Program-made: the position numbers and the translations under genes | The notes under the pieces: model-generated | Databases searched by the model: none | Told to the model about the DNA's origin: nothing | Seen by the model: the letters and a program-made list of their open reading frames with translations, nothing else | Part shown: positions 37,327-51,171 of the stretch, piece by piece | How the letters are laid out: the number at the start of each line of letters is the position of its first letter | Numbering within the stretch: position 1 is the stretch's first letter | Assembly (NCBI GenBank): GCA_030704615.1 | Contig: CM060733.1 | Location: 17,856,001-17,920,000 of the forward strand | Reading direction: 5' to 3' | DNA length: 64,000 nucleotides | DNA from: Takakia lepidozioides | Lineage: Eukaryota > Plantae > Bryophyta

Positions 37327-38136
37327 GCCGATCCCTTTCACCAAGCCTTCAGTAATTGTCAGCAGCTAATGGAGGCTTTTATCAGATCTTACGCCCGAAA
37401 GACTGCATTTCAGATCTTCAGAAGACCCAAGAATCCATTCTCTTTCTCCACTAACCGGACAGGGTGAGACAACCAGACACAGCGATACCTTCCCAAACTC
37501 AACAAAACCAAAACTCCAAGAACTATAAAAGAATGCTCTGCAATTATCAGGAAAATTGCAGCCTACAAAAACGGTGGTACAGCTCTTGGCATTGTAACTT
37601 TCTCTATACACTGGCATAATTCGAGCCATGCCATACAATTTCATAACAATCTCATGTGCCTACCACCACTGAAGAATGGACCGACAGAGCACCAGTCATA
37701 GAACAATACTCAGAATTGTCTAGCTCGAGATCTGCTTAGGGTTTGGTTGGAGGTGCGAGAAAACCGAGTCTGCCCTAACTGCCCCAGAATAAAATTAAAA
37801 CAAATTACGATCTGAAAAAAAATGGAAATATATAAAATGGCCCCATTCATTTTCTGGCGGGCATTTTCTCGGCTGCCCGTCTGAAAAGTAGCCTCGGAGT
37901 CGAATCGCTGGCCGGCACGTGGCGTGGCCGTTGCGCCGGCGGCTAACCCTAACGGGGTGCGCCTCGCGGCTCCATGGCTGGACCCGCATTCATGCGCCGC
38001 CCTTCACCTCTCGCTCGCATCTGACCTAGATGTATGCAACCTGCATTCCTCTTCTGCGTACTATCGCTTCACGTGTTGCTTTGTTTGGGATTGTGTAGAA
38101 GGAGCGAGGGTGAAGGGAAGGCGAGCGGGAGGCGTA

Positions 38137-41100
38137 ATGGACTTCGATGAGTATGATTACCTAGAGAAGACAGTGGAAAATCCGGATCTCATCAAGGAAT
38201 CGAACGGCAACGGCGGAAGAGTGGATGATAGAGACGGGAAAGAGCGAAGCAGAAACTCGAAGCGGAGAAGTGACGAGGACGGCCATGGGCATGATCACAG
38301 GATTAAGAGGACTCGGAGCGAAGATGAGGAGAGGGATAGAGGAGAGAGGGAGAGGGGGGACAGGGAGAGGGGGGACCGGGATCGTGGCGAAAGAGACAGA
38401 GGTCGGAGAGACCGATCTCCCTCGAGGTCACGAGATCGTGAGAGGTTAGTGGATAAGGAAAGAGAGAAAGTTGAGAGGGGAGAAAGAGATAGGTCGGAAC
38501 GAGGTAGGGAGAGGAGTGACAGGGGTGAGAAGGACCGAGAACGAGGGGAAAGAGAACGAGAGCGTGATGGTAGGAGGGGCGAGAAGGATCCAAGAGAAAA
38601 GGATCGAGAGCGAAGCGAAAGGGACCCTGACAGAGTTCGGGAGAAAGAGAAGGAGAAAGACCGAGACAAAGAGAAGGAGAGGGAAAGGTCCCGCGGGAAG
38701 AGCAGGGAAGTTGAGCGCCATCGGGACAGGGAGAAAGAGCGTGAGAAGGAGAAGGAGAAGGAGATGGAGAAAGAAAGGGAGAACCACCGAGAAAGGGATC
38801 GTGAAAGGGAGCACCGGTGAGTCCAAAATCCGCTATCGATGCCTTACTGTGCTTCTGATATTGTTAGAGCATAGACAGTCTGGATGTATATGGATGTATT
38901 GTGAAGGAATTCGCCAGCTTGCCTGTTGTGGTCATTCTTCTTTGTGTGTTAGACACGACATTTTAGCTGGCTGTATTACAGAAGCTGTATGCTCCTCGTT
39001 ATGTTTGGCAGAGCATTGTGTAGTATTTGGCTCGTTGGCCACCATAGGAAATTAGTACTCGGTCCCCCTTTGTTTATGAAGAATTATAAGCTCTGCTGGA
39101 GTGTTGGTAATGACAATTAGCACAACGCGTTGTACAACAATCCACTTAGTGAAGTCTGTTTTGTGTGCAGCCGCTCCAGGGAGTTGAAGGACAAGAAGGA
39201 AGATCCTATTATAGCTGAACCTGAGGCCGATCCTGAGCGAGATCAGCGCACTGTCTTCGCATACCAGGTAATTCAGGGTGACCTCCAAAGGTTGAAATAT
39301 GTTTAGTTTTTTTGCTTATGTAGCCAGTTGGCTGCACTGGTGAGGCACTTGACTCCCTGCATATAACAGTTGTTATGCTATGATATGGACTAGTCGGATG
39401 GAACCAATGTCCCTGATTGGATACAGTTCTTAATGTAACACGTGGCTTGTGGGAAATGCCAACACAGACTGTTTTTGCGTGCAGATATGCATGATAACAA
39501 GTTATAGTACCAATTACGGGTTCATAATGCTCCAATTGTCTGATAGACACCTCTAACGAAGTGTTGGAGGTTCTACCTTTGAACAGCTATCCAATCCCAC
39601 AAGTTGTTCCATTCTAGTGGTCTCTGGATAGAATTCGGCCTCCTGGTTGAGAATGCTCATCAAAAGAACGGGATGAATATGGTAGTAAGTGCTTAAATTA
39701 ATGACGTTCTCACTTTCTTTTGAGTATATAAAAAGTCTTACTGAATAAGCGGCCATTTGAACCCTTGGAAGTTGTGGCAAAATGTACATTTTTGTCAAGC
39801 TTGAAACAGTGGCACGACACTGTTTGAGAGGAGAATGTGCAATTTACATTGTCTTGCTGGCTGGCTAGAAACTATAATATTCTGGCCTCAACTGATGGTA
39901 GTGGCATCTATTCCCATATGTACATGCAGGATTCGATCCATGTGACTTTGGGAATAATATGCGCTTCTGGTCACATTGAGTTGAACTTTAAGGGGGCCTA
40001 CCAGGAGACTGTCTTGTAGGGACACAGCAATATGGGTTGGGGGGATTTGGTTATGCAGGTTTATTTGATTGGTCAGAAAAGTTAGCTGTTCTTCCGGCAG
40101 TGTAAGCTTCCATCTCTTGCTGTGACTGACTGAGGGACTTGGGATAACCGTTTTTGCAAGAGACAGAGCTGCTAGGCATCCATGTTCAGATACACAGTGC
40201 CCCTGCACTGTCCTTGTAACAATTCGCTCACGCTGAATCAACTTAGAATCTTAACAGGTTGCCCTATTTATGGGTAATCCTAGGAAGACGCCACATGGCT
40301 CTTGATTAGCATCTGCTTGAGCCCCTCAGCTGTTTGGCCATGTATGCAACTGTCACTGTCCAAAGGGCACTACCTCACCCATACCCCTCTATTTTAGTAT
40401 AATTCTATCCATCATTTGTAGAGGGGATGTAGTGAGTTTTCTTAACCTCTTCAAATGTGGCTTGCGTGGTTGCAGATTTGCTTGAAGGCGGATGAAAGGG
40501 ATGTCTATGAGTTTTTCTCCAGAGCCGGAAAGGTTAGTTTCAGCTGTAGCTCTACTTGTTTGACACTCTTTACTTGTGCTGCACAGCCATTATAACTCTT
40601 CAGTGCAGGTAGATAAGAGACTCAAACCAGTGCATTAAAAAAGCATTTTCATGGTCAGTGTTTGGCCAGTTTAAACTTTTTTGGAAATGACTAGTGGTGG
40701 CATCGAATGAGTCAGACCCTCTGCTTCTTTGCAGTGCATATGCACCAGTCTGCTTTCAATGAGGCCCGTGTTATGACTCTTTGTAGCTCTGAACTGGAGC
40801 ATGTGGTGAGTGTGGACTTCCCCTTTTCTTAAGCCTGGTTGTGGGCCTGTGCAAGATGTGTAAGAGCCTACTTCTGTGACTAACATGTATGCTGCCTCCT
40901 TAGAAGGGGTACTGAAGCTGGTGGTTGTGTATCTCTGTAGCATCTTTTGTGCATTTGTGTTTTGATGTGAGAGTGAAGTAATGGAGTATGCCATGTTTCT
41001 ACAGGTGCGGGATGTTCGCCTTATTATGGATCGTAACTCAAGACGTTCTAAAGGTGTTGGGTAAGTTCCTACCTGACTTTTGTTAAGCTTCATACTTGTC

Positions 41101-44100
41101 TTTTGTTTGTCTGGGGATTTGTGTGTTTGGCTCTTTTTCAGCCATTGTGAGTGTCCTGAAGTGTGGTGCTTGCTTGAACTTGAGGCAGGTACATTGAGTT
41201 CTACGATGCTATGTCTGTGCCCATGGCTATTGCCTTGTCTGGTCAGCTACTCCGAGGTCAGCCTGTAATGGTGAAGCCTTCTGAAGCAGAGAAGAATCTG
41301 GTGCAATCCACCACTGTGGTTCCTGGGGGGGCGGGTGGTTATATTGGCCCATATTCAGGAGGTGCTCGAAGGTTGTATGTGGGAAACTTGCACTTCAACA
41401 TGACTGAAGATCAGCTCCGACAGGTGATGACACTAGAAATATTTTGTTTTGGAGTTTGGCTGTGCAGCTGCATAGTAGAGTGCTGGGTGGTTGATAAGTG
41501 GGTGGTTGTCTGAAATGTGGGTCCCATTGCTGTTTCTATGATTGGAAGAGAGTTACCACGAACCAATGTCTTGTGAGTACATTTTATGATTGCAAATAAA
41601 TCCTTGGACGGTGTGGGAGCAAGTCATGTGGTGGCTGACAGGTTGGTTGAAGGTCACCTATGAGGCTTTTGTGTTGATTTTGTGTTTTTGGTGCAGTTTG
41701 AATGCAACAGGAATCTGTTTAGTTTTGCAACAAGCCCTGATACGTGTGACTGTTAATGGATGGTAGGTGTTCGAGCCATTTGGTCCTGTGGAGCTTGTGC
41801 AGCTACCAGCTGACCCTGAAACTGGGCAGTGCAAAGGGTTTGGTTTTGTTCAAGTAAGTGGAACACTCGATTGGTATGTGTGACTTAAAGAACTCGTAGA
41901 AGTCTATGACACCTTGCATTCCAATTGGTTCTTTGCACATCAAGTTCATCAAGGTCCACCTCCGCTCTGTATGTCTCTTCAGCGTCATTTAGTTGTAGTT
42001 CTGCAGGTATTCATGATGATTTTAGTACCCCTTCTATACTGATTCCTCCTGAAGCCCCATGTGAGAAGCACTGCCTGAATTGTAGTGGCCTGTGTAGAAG
42101 CTGGATGATGTCCAGTATCCACTTCATGTCGCTGTGCCCAACGCATGACACTTGTGTGGTATGTGTGCCTGTTGAGGTCTTTATCCAGGTATAATGTAGA
42201 GATCAACTGTCATGTGCTCTTGAAAGAAGCTATGGTAGGCTTAAATGGTCTTACATGGTCCCCAATGATTTGTGGGATTTTTTCTGTGGTGTGCAGTATG
42301 CTCGACTAGAAGATGCCCGTGCCGCTCAGCAGACCCTCAATGGGCAATTGGAGCTGGCAGGACGTCCAATAAAGGTTAGGACAGACTGTTTTCCTTCAGA
42401 AGTTGTTACTTGTTATGTCTTTGTTGTACTATATTTCGGTCGAATGTTCTTGGTAACATAGGTGTCAAGTCTGGTAAGAACCTTCTTGATGTAACCTGCC
42501 TCCTAGGGCTGACCTCCTTTGAGGGGTGTTTTGTTTTTGGCTTTGTTACCTATCAATCTTTCATATCTTCAGCATGTAAAATGCGGTTCTCTCTGCATAA
42601 TTTGAAAGATGTTCTTATCTCAAGATCTGCCATACAGATTCTAGATGATAGAAGTGCTTCGTCAGTATTCTCACCTTTTGATCCTTTTTTGTTGTTGCAG
42701 GTTTCAGCAATCTCTGACCAAATTGGAATGCAAGACATTGGAGTGAATCCTGGAGAGCTTGATGATGATGAAGGAGGGGGCTTGGTAAGCCAAGGTTGCC
42801 CTTGCATTCTGTCATTCAATGTGGGGTATTTTGACTTGCTGCATATTATTGCACTCAGCTCTTTTGAGAACTAATTGTTGGTGGGGCACTGTTGTTTTGT
42901 TCTTGGCTGCAGTCTCTCAATGCCCGGTCAAGGGCACTACTCATGCAGAAGCTTGACAGGAGTGGAAGCACAACCAGGTATGACCTCATCTGCCTACTTC
43001 TTATGCCTTGCGTACATTCTGTTGAAATTGTATTGCAGTGAGATGCCAGTTTACATCTGGCAGTTGTGATTCTTTCAACTGTTTCACTTGATTTTTTCTA
43101 TCTCCAACTTTCCTTTCCTTCCCACATGAGTTGTCTTGGTTGCAATTTGTTGGTGTGATGCCCATGTTGGTGAAGATGACGTCATGTGTTTTGGTGTCAT
43201 TTTGTTTGCACAGCTCTCCTGAACTATTGGTGTTTCTGTGGCAGTGGTGCTGTAACAACGCCCATACCAGCTCCAGCACCAGGTCTTCTTGGTATGGCTG
43301 TCCCTGCTGCCGTTTCACCCCTTGTGACGACGCCGTTACTTACCCAGAATCCTCTAGCACTGGCTGGCCTAGGCCTGAGCCCTGGAATTGGGGCCCCCGG
43401 ACTAGGTGCTCCGGCACTGAATGCTGCTGTGGAGCCAATTGGGGTGGCCAGTGAATTTCTGCTGCTCAAGAACATGTTTGATCCAAGCAGTGAGGTATGT
43501 GTGTTTTCTACATACCAATGTCAAAGCAAGCTCTTGTCTATATTTATTAGTGGGAGGGTTAATCGGCGAGGGGGTACCAAGTCAATGTGTGCCCAGCAAT
43601 CCAGTAAAGCAAATATCTTGGTGGTCTTAATGTAACAAGAAGTCTGTAATAGAAAGGCAAACTTGAGTCACCAAAATGTCATTCAAGAGAATGTACTAAT
43701 GTGCAAAACAAGAACCATGCACATAATGAAAGCACGGAAGAGGGGGAAACTTTAGATCATTCAAAAACCTTACTCAGGCAAATACTCTGAAAGCTGTAGT
43801 AACCTGGAAAACATCAGATTCCCGTAGTTCTGCTAGCAACAATCTAGTATTTGGAAAGAATCTTTGCACTTGGAAATTTCTCGTGCTTAAGGCTGTCTTC
43901 AGGAAGTCCTACAGTGTTAATACTTTGTTATCATCCAACTCAAACACTATGTGCAGGCTGAACCTGACTTCGATCTGGACATCAAGGAGGATGTGCAAGA
44001 GGAGTGCTCAAAGTTTGGCATGGTGAAGCACATATTCGTAGACAAGTAAGGGGCCTTTTCCTGGGGGCCTGCCCTGCATATTGCACCCATTCCCTTTCTT

Positions 44101-45574
44101 TGAGGCGTAACACTTCTCTTTGCCTTCAATAAGTGAGAAGAGAGTCACTAGGTGGTGGCAGGGTTTGACATAGGCACTAAGGCATCCATAAGGCCTGCTA
44201 ATCATGAACATATGATTGGACTATTCCAGGGACTCTGGATGTCTAGCTGAAGAGTGTGCATCAGGCTCGGCACGACTACCAGAGATTGCGCCCCTGCAAC
44301 ATGGCCCTGCCCTTGTGATTCTGACCATGGGTACCCTGGTTTGCTGTTATTAAATGAGCCTGCTTTAAGGGCAAGATGTCACTACTATGTCTATATACAG
44401 TTGGTTGTGACTCCTCCATGAGGAGTATCCGACGGTGGCAATTAAGCTTTGATGGCTTGATTGAAGATCCTTGTCCTAGGGGCGCTTACGGGAATGAGTG
44501 GTTGAATTCGGTGCATGAGCTTCGAACAGCTTCATGATTTCTGGTCACCAGAAAAGCAGCTTCGTCTGCTGTGTTTTGATGTCATGGAGCAAGGCTACTA
44601 TGGGTGTCAAAATGACAGTCATGGAGCTGGTGAGGGGAATCCCTGACCAGGGATTGAAATAGCATCGACTCAGGGATGTTAGTACACACTGAAGTCGAAA
44701 CTTGACCTGAATATGCAGCAGTGCACAAGTATTGGCCCAGAAGTAATGCAGAGGTGTCTAGTTCCAGGTGTGCTTGTTGTATTTAGAATGGGCATGTGGG
44801 TGATATGTTGGTTTGCAAAAGCCCATTGAAGGTCCCCTTTTCACAGGTTTTCCTTTCGTGAATGTGCAGAGAATGCCCATCTTCCAGGGTGCTATCATTA
44901 CCAAACTTACCTGCACTATCTACTGCCCTTTCTTCCATCTGAAGCCTCTCTCAGAGATGCCCCAGGAGCCAGGTGTAAGCTGCTTAGTTAGGGCGAGACG
45001 TGTAGCCTAAGGCTGATGATATGACCTGGGTAACTTGTGTACTAACCTTGTGTTGGCTGTGTTTGCTCATGGCTCATGCTGTCAAGCTGTTAAAAGGTCA
45101 TATCTCTTCTTTGTGGTTTAGTTGGCTGTGTGCATTCTTGACAAGGACTTGGTCTGTTTGAGTGCATTATGCTTTCAGGAATAGTGCGGGCCATGTCTAC
45201 CTTCGCTTTGACTCGAGTGCTGCTGCTATGAGTGCCCAACGTGCCTTGCATGGTCGGTGGTTTGCTGGCAAGATGATCACGGCCACTTACATGGTAAGAT
45301 GCCTTTCCTCCTGTGTGGCCTTCTTAAGTGACATGGTTGTAGCTTCTGATCGGATTGAATTGCTAGCTGAAGTCAGTTGGACCCGTAGGTTTGCATTTTT
45401 AGTTGAAAACCTGCAGCTCTGGGAGATAACAGTTGCAGGCAGGAAAATGAACCAGTTTATTTGAAAATCAGCTGTAGTATTTGGTTGTAATCTGATATCA
45501 AAGAGGGTTGGTTTATACAGACAACTCTTGCGTATGAGACAAAGTTTCCAGAGAGCAAACTCGCGGCGGCATGA
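38137..45574 (+). CDS. RBM39: RBM39/CC1-like splicing factor (RS/RE-rich N-terminus, two RRMs, UHM); exons 38137-38816, 39171-39267, 40476-40532, 41005-41060, 41189-41423, 41767-41853, 42297-42374, 42701-42784, 42913-42977, 43245-43494, 43957-44045, 45179-45293, 45521-45574
   Basis: MDFDEYDYLEKTVE; EADPERDQRTVFAYQ; DERDVYEFFSRAGKVRDVRLIMDRNSRRSKGVGYIEF; RRLYVGNLHFNMTEDQLRQ; LLLKNMFDP; DIKEDVQEECSKFG; HGRWFAGKMITATY; GT-AG introns. Confidence 0.93.
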
Positions 45575-47569
45575 TATGGAGGGCGATTTACTCAGATCGC
45601 CCATGGCATCTAAAGTATGGTTGGTGTGAATGGACTTGAGGCATTGTAGTTTTGTTTTAAGCATTGAGTTGCAGTGGAGCAGCTGTTTTGTGTTGTATGC
45701 ATAGAGCATAGGCAGTAGTGAATTGCAGCTGAGAAATAGACAATAGTCAGCAAGCTTATCGGCTAGCTTACGGGTTCAAATGTTGGATGATTTTCTCCTA
45801 TGGTAAGGCAGTAAATGGCCTCTATTGTCATGTAAATGATGCAAGGATGATACCCTTCCTGCCTTAGTTTAAGGGGAAGGTGTATTCCACTAGAGTCTGT
45901 CTACAAATTCTTATTTAAGTCTTTGAGATTGATTGACTGAGCAGCCGTTTAAAGCAAGTTTGGAAAGGTGAAGCGAGTAGTTCATATCCACCCATTTTCA
46001 CTCATGGGTGGCAAGGTGGTGTGGACTTCTACATTCCACAGGTTATGTATGGGCAGGCACTGATTGGGCCCCCAACCAGATGGCTATTACAGGGTTCGAA
46101 CTCATCCTTGATGCACTCCAGGCCAAAAATTTCAAAATTTGACCATTAGAAAATGGCTTTGAATATCTTTGCAAGTTTCTTAACTCGGCAGAGTCATTGT
46201 CTGAACGTGCAAAAGTTTCGGCTGTAATATGAACTCCCTGACGAACATTGAGTAACATGCCATGGATTCTTAAAGGTGCTGGAATCAACTAATTGTACTA
46301 CATGGTCAGGGTCCTTGCTTAAATTTCATTGCATGATTCTGTGGTAGCTTAAGCAGTTTGAAATGTGGATCTCCTGACTTAATTCCTTTCCTCTTGGGTG
46401 GACTGGGGAACCAATATCTCAACTCCTGATAGTGGGTGGGTGTGCATGTTCAGCTGGCCATGGAGCAGTTCTTGGTTCATGGAGCTGTCCTAAGAGTAGA
46501 TCTATCAAGTATCCCCTTCAGAAGCTGGGATGTCTGTTGAGTAGACTCATGTCGTTTTAGAAGATGGACGTTCAGGTGCTGACTCTGGAAACATCTGTCC
46601 TACTGTATGGAATGAAAGAAAGACATTAAGGAGGATTGATTACCTGACAACTATCATTCCAGATGCAATTGATCAGTGATGTAAAACTGAAGACTCTAGC
46701 CGAAGCTGGGTATAACACAGAGGGATGTGGGTATAGCCTGTATATGAGCTTCAATGTTGGGCACGACAACTGGCATGCGACTGGGGTGAACTTCCTGAAA
46801 CCTGTTCATCAGGTCAATACTTTCCCTCGGATATGTTTTTGTGTTTGTCAACCCACTATTGCCACTTACCCTACAACAGATAGCATCTCACATGGTAGTG
46901 CTCGCAGTATGTCGGGCATGTCGACAGCTGGTGGCGACAGGTCACTGGAAAGAGACCCTAATCGGACGATCCCAGTATCACCTGCCACCCTTGCTCAAAA
47001 TACCTTTTTATAATCATTATCTAAATTTTATGAAACATTATACTTGGTGCTAAGAGTTAAGATTATGTCATGAAAAGTGCCATGAACGTATTCATATTCG
47101 TTAAAAAATGTGGACCTGTTGCCAAGGCAAGTGTAATTTGTGGTGTCGCTCTTCGAAGTACAATGGCAAGGTTTGATCTCGTTTTAAGCGCCAAAGGGTG
47201 GGGGGGGTGGTATTGCATTTCTGATGGAAAGGGACACCTCCATGACATTCACATCCAACATGTGGTTTGCATCCACAACCACTAGTGAAGTGAAGTTGCT
47301 TGTGCCTTTCTGTCCTAATTGCTGGTTATTTTTTTAATTTGTTTCTTTTAAATGAAACATGAAGAAAAAAGCATGAGCGACCACTCACAAATCATGTCGG
47401 AAAAAAATAGTATCTAAAAAAATTGAGTCGCTTAATTACAGTAACCTCCTATGAATGCCAAGCACCAAGGACAGGGGAGAATAATACTATCCAACATGGT
47501 TGCATGATTTGAATCTAGAACCACCTGGTGACACTCTGTGCACTATCAAACTAAGCCTATCCAACTTAA

Positions 47570-48770
47570 CCCTCAAGTGTCAAAACTCATTTTCACCCTC
47601 TCGTGGAAAAACATGACCCTGGCCCACAAAAAAAAAAATTATCTATAGAATACCTGTGTCCCTGTAAAACTGACCGTTGGAATTACTTCCCACCTACCCC
47701 ACCTCCTACCACAAAAAGTTTCACCAAAATCCTGAAGATTATGAAGTGTAGAGTGGGAACAAAAAAATCTCCACTAAGAACTAGGTGCCAAAAAAAGCAG
47801 TTTTTTGCTCGTATTTGGGCATTTTTTATTATTTTTTCCTGTTTGAGAGTCTCAAGAATGTTGTTCCATACCTGATAACACACATTCTCATAAAATTTCA
47901 GTTTTTTCTGAAATGTTCTCAAGTGGGCTCCTTTGTAGTGACAAATTGGGGGGTCAAAATATGCTATTTTCTTTGGGCAGGCCAAAATATCTCTTCATAA
48001 AATTATACAAACAAATTTAGCCGTTCAATTCCTAATCCCTCCGGTTGAAGTGTCATGAACATCCATATGAGATCCCAAAAAAGGTTTGGGACCAATCGGT
48101 AACTGCCCTCACATCTTTAGGTTCCCTGCCCAAGACTTCAAATGGCACACCTATGTTATAGCCTGCAGGCCTAGGATATTTGGAGCCATAGCCCAGAAGG
48201 GCACGGGGCTTGGGAGCTCCTCTGGCTTACCCGGCCCTGCTTTCATGGGGGGCCACTCCACCCTCATCCCTCTCAAACCCCCGCCCTAGGTTTGGCCCAC
48301 CCCTCATGGCGTTTTTCTCGAGCCCCAAGCTCTGCTGCCATCGCGGCTGCACTCTCTCCAGCCCGCCCTGCATGGCGTTCGCCAGAGCTGCCATCGCCGT
48401 CGATTCAGGCTAGGGCCCAGGCTTGCGCCGGGCGCCATGCCCCCGCCGGGCAATCAAGGGGTTTGGGGGAGCGTGCCGCCCTAACCTGGGGTATCTTTCA
48501 GTCACCCTAACCTGACCGCAGTTGCCATGTCAGCAACTTGGGCAGGTTAGGGGGGCCAAATTGGCCTAAAAAAACTGAGTGTGCCCCCTTCCAATTGGTC
48601 CAGACCCATACCCCTTCAGGCATTGACCGATTGGCAAATGCCATATGAAGGGGGACCCGATTATCTGTCGATTGAGCCAAAAAAAATGACAATCAGCCTT
48701 AACCACATGAAGTTATGGCTGGTTAAAGAAACCTAACCGACCCAAAACGGGTTGGTTTGACACTTAAGGG
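47570..48770. mobile_element. Non-autonomous TIR element, piggyBac-like
   Basis: TTAA|CCCTCAAGTGTCAAA ... TTTGACACTTAAGGG|TTAA (14/15 TIR match). Confidence 0.78.
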
Positions 48771-49566
48771 TTAAGCAACTATATGGTAAGTAGTTATTCT
48801 CATTTGGCTAACCAAAAACTAGCGATTCAAAATTTTTAAGGTAATAATCATTTATATAATATTATTTTTCCTCTATAAAATTGCGGGGCTTGTGAAGAGC
48901 CAGATTCCTCTCTAGTCTTTATTCCCCATCAATGAATGTAATAATTCTGTGGGGATGAAGGTGACTGTTACAACGGATGTGTCAATGATGAGCCTGTAAA
49001 CTTGTCTTATATTAACCGCTAGTAGTATATTAAGCAATAGCCTTGTTGGCGGCCTATCTGTCATGGCATTTGGATAACAATATGAGGAGCCACTGAGTGA
49101 CAACCATCTGGCCAGGTAGATGAAGGATGAAAAGACTATTTAATCAAAGGGGTCAAGAGCCCTGGTGTGCTGGTTTTGGAGTGTTCATCTCTGTGTACCT
49201 GTGTGGATGAAAGTGTCTCAGTATATGGTGTGTGATTAAGTTTAGGGAATCGTCCCTCAGGATCTGCAGTCCTCTAGAGTAAGATCCCTCATCCTATGCA
49301 TGCTCGCTCTACTGTAGCTATACTCCCCTTTTAAGCGCCTCCACCACAGAGGAATGGAATCTCTGGTGGGCGCCAGAATCTTGGTGGAGACGGGTCGCAA
49401 GATCTCGTCAATCATTACCTGTACATTCTCCGTTGGTACAACATGTAGAAGTAGGCTGACGTCGTGACAATGGCGACGCCTTCCCGTGCATGTTTGTTTT
49501 TGCTTCTAGCTACTGTCGTGCTTCCTTGTGTCTTTGTGATTCACTGTGTTCTTGAGCTTCACAGCA

Positions 49567-50283
49567 ATGGCGTCTTCATCGCGCACTCCCACTGAAGCTG
49601 AGCTCAACGCGTACAAGGAGACACCAGCGGGTAACTTTGAAGCAGTCTTTGCTGGGGTGTTGCGTGACTCAGTTGATCCCAAGCTCATCGTGGAGGTGGA
49701 CTATCCTCCCTTTGGTGAACCATTTGAGCGACCCGAGCTGGTTTTAGACACGCCCTCAGATCATTGGGTTCGCGAGTTCGAGCTCACAGCTGCTAAGGAG
49801 GGCTTGAAGCCCACGCATAACAAAAAGGAGGCTGCTGAGCAACGCCGCAAAGTCATTGAGGCACTGCAAGGTGCCAGAGCAGCAAAGCTCCTCCAACACC
49901 TCTACGCTGTAAAAATTGACTGCAAGCTTCCTCTTTCGGTCGCTAAGGAGCATCCACTTGCTGGTGAGTCGGCCCGAGCTGGGGGTGCCGCAATTCACAG
50001 TTGCTGGTGAAGTCACCGCTGAGCTTGGCAGCTTCTTGCCACCACACCGACCGAGTCCAGTCAGGCTCTGGGAGTTAGTCCGAGGCGGGAGCTCTCTTGT
50101 TTTGGCCAATCTACGCCCTCTCTGGAAACCTGAGCACAATGTCGAGTTGTCTTGGGAGGATCATGTAGCGGGCCTTCCAGTTTCTCGCTTTCCGCATACT
50201 GAGAACGACATCCTCATCTTTCCTGGTAGTGATTTTCGTGCTGAGAGGGTGGCCTTCAGTCTTCCCAACGTCGTGGTCACAAA
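49567..50283 (+). pseudogene. Frameshifted, truncated ORF, possibly LINE ORF1-like
   Basis: Coding-like ORFs 49546-50010 and 49916-50332 overlap by a frameshift and end abruptly at an AT-rich repeat; only weak ORF1 resemblance. Confidence 0.35.
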
Positions 50284-50449
50284 GTATTATATTATTATTA
50301 TTATATCTTTGATATATTTTGTAAAAATATAGCTCCTCAGACTATAGCCATTGTCCAACAATAAGTTGCAATGCAGCTTTGCAAAACTTAGGCCATTGAT
50401 AGATGTTTGTTCTTGAAAGCTAACTCTTGATACTCATTTCTACGTTTAG

Positions 50450-51170
50450 AAGACTCAAACGAGAGGTGAGCCTTTCCCCTTTCGTAGAACTAAAAAAGGT
50501 GGGGGGGGGGGGGGGTGTGGGGACTGACTGAGCAGTAGCACTTGTGGCGCCAATTAACATCAGACTCCTCAGGCTCCTCAGATTGTTGTGTGCTAACCGA
50601 GTTGCCAACATGGCGGGAAGCCGTTGTTCCAGACAACCTCTAATTCAGAGATTCGAGTGCAGAAGCACCCTCCTTTTCCCCAGGTGTGAGTAAAGCGAGA
50701 GAGAAGCTGCCTTCTGTGTCCTTCCGAGCATCTAGCAAGAGCTACACCCAATACCCGCCAAGCCTTCCTTGCCTCAGACATTACGTCTGAGTGAACTCTA
50801 TGCAGGACCGAACTCGCATTATACATCTATTTTTCCAGATATTCCAAAGTGTGTGACCCCTCAAAGCAGCGCAGACAGGGCGCATGTCCCACAGGGCTCC
50901 CTCATGCAGATTAAGCAGTAGGATCGAGGAATTGAGTGTCAAGTCCCCTCGCCAGTAAACGTAAAATTTGGAAATTGCTTTCCACACGAATAAAGCAAAA
51001 GGACATTCCACTAAACAATGCTCGATTGATTCGGTACTGCCAAGATGACAAACAGAGTAGGATAATGGGGAATTCTCCATGAAGGCAGCCACTGGAGGAA
51101 TTCTAAATACGAGCTTCCACAAAAAGCCACCGAGCTTGGAGGTTCGATCCTTTCTCTAAACGTCGCCCCA
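50450..51170 (-). mobile_element. L1-type LINE 3' fragment (zf-RVT region)
   Basis: WKLVFRIPPV..VCHLGSTESIEHCLVECPFALFVW..TLWNIWKNRC. Confidence 0.8.
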
Positions 51171-51171
51171 A

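Noticed and set aside
38225-39055. Alternative-frame and antisense ORFs over RBM39 exon 1
   Set aside because: Shadows of the low-complexity RE/RD-rich coding sequence.
39268-40475. Poison exon in the long RBM39 intron, as known for animal RBM39 autoregulation
   Set aside because: No specific exon could be delimited from sequence alone; needs RNA-seq.
46000-46700. Possible LINE ORF1 remnant downstream of RBM39
   Set aside because: Only vague resemblance with many stops; cannot be supported without a search.
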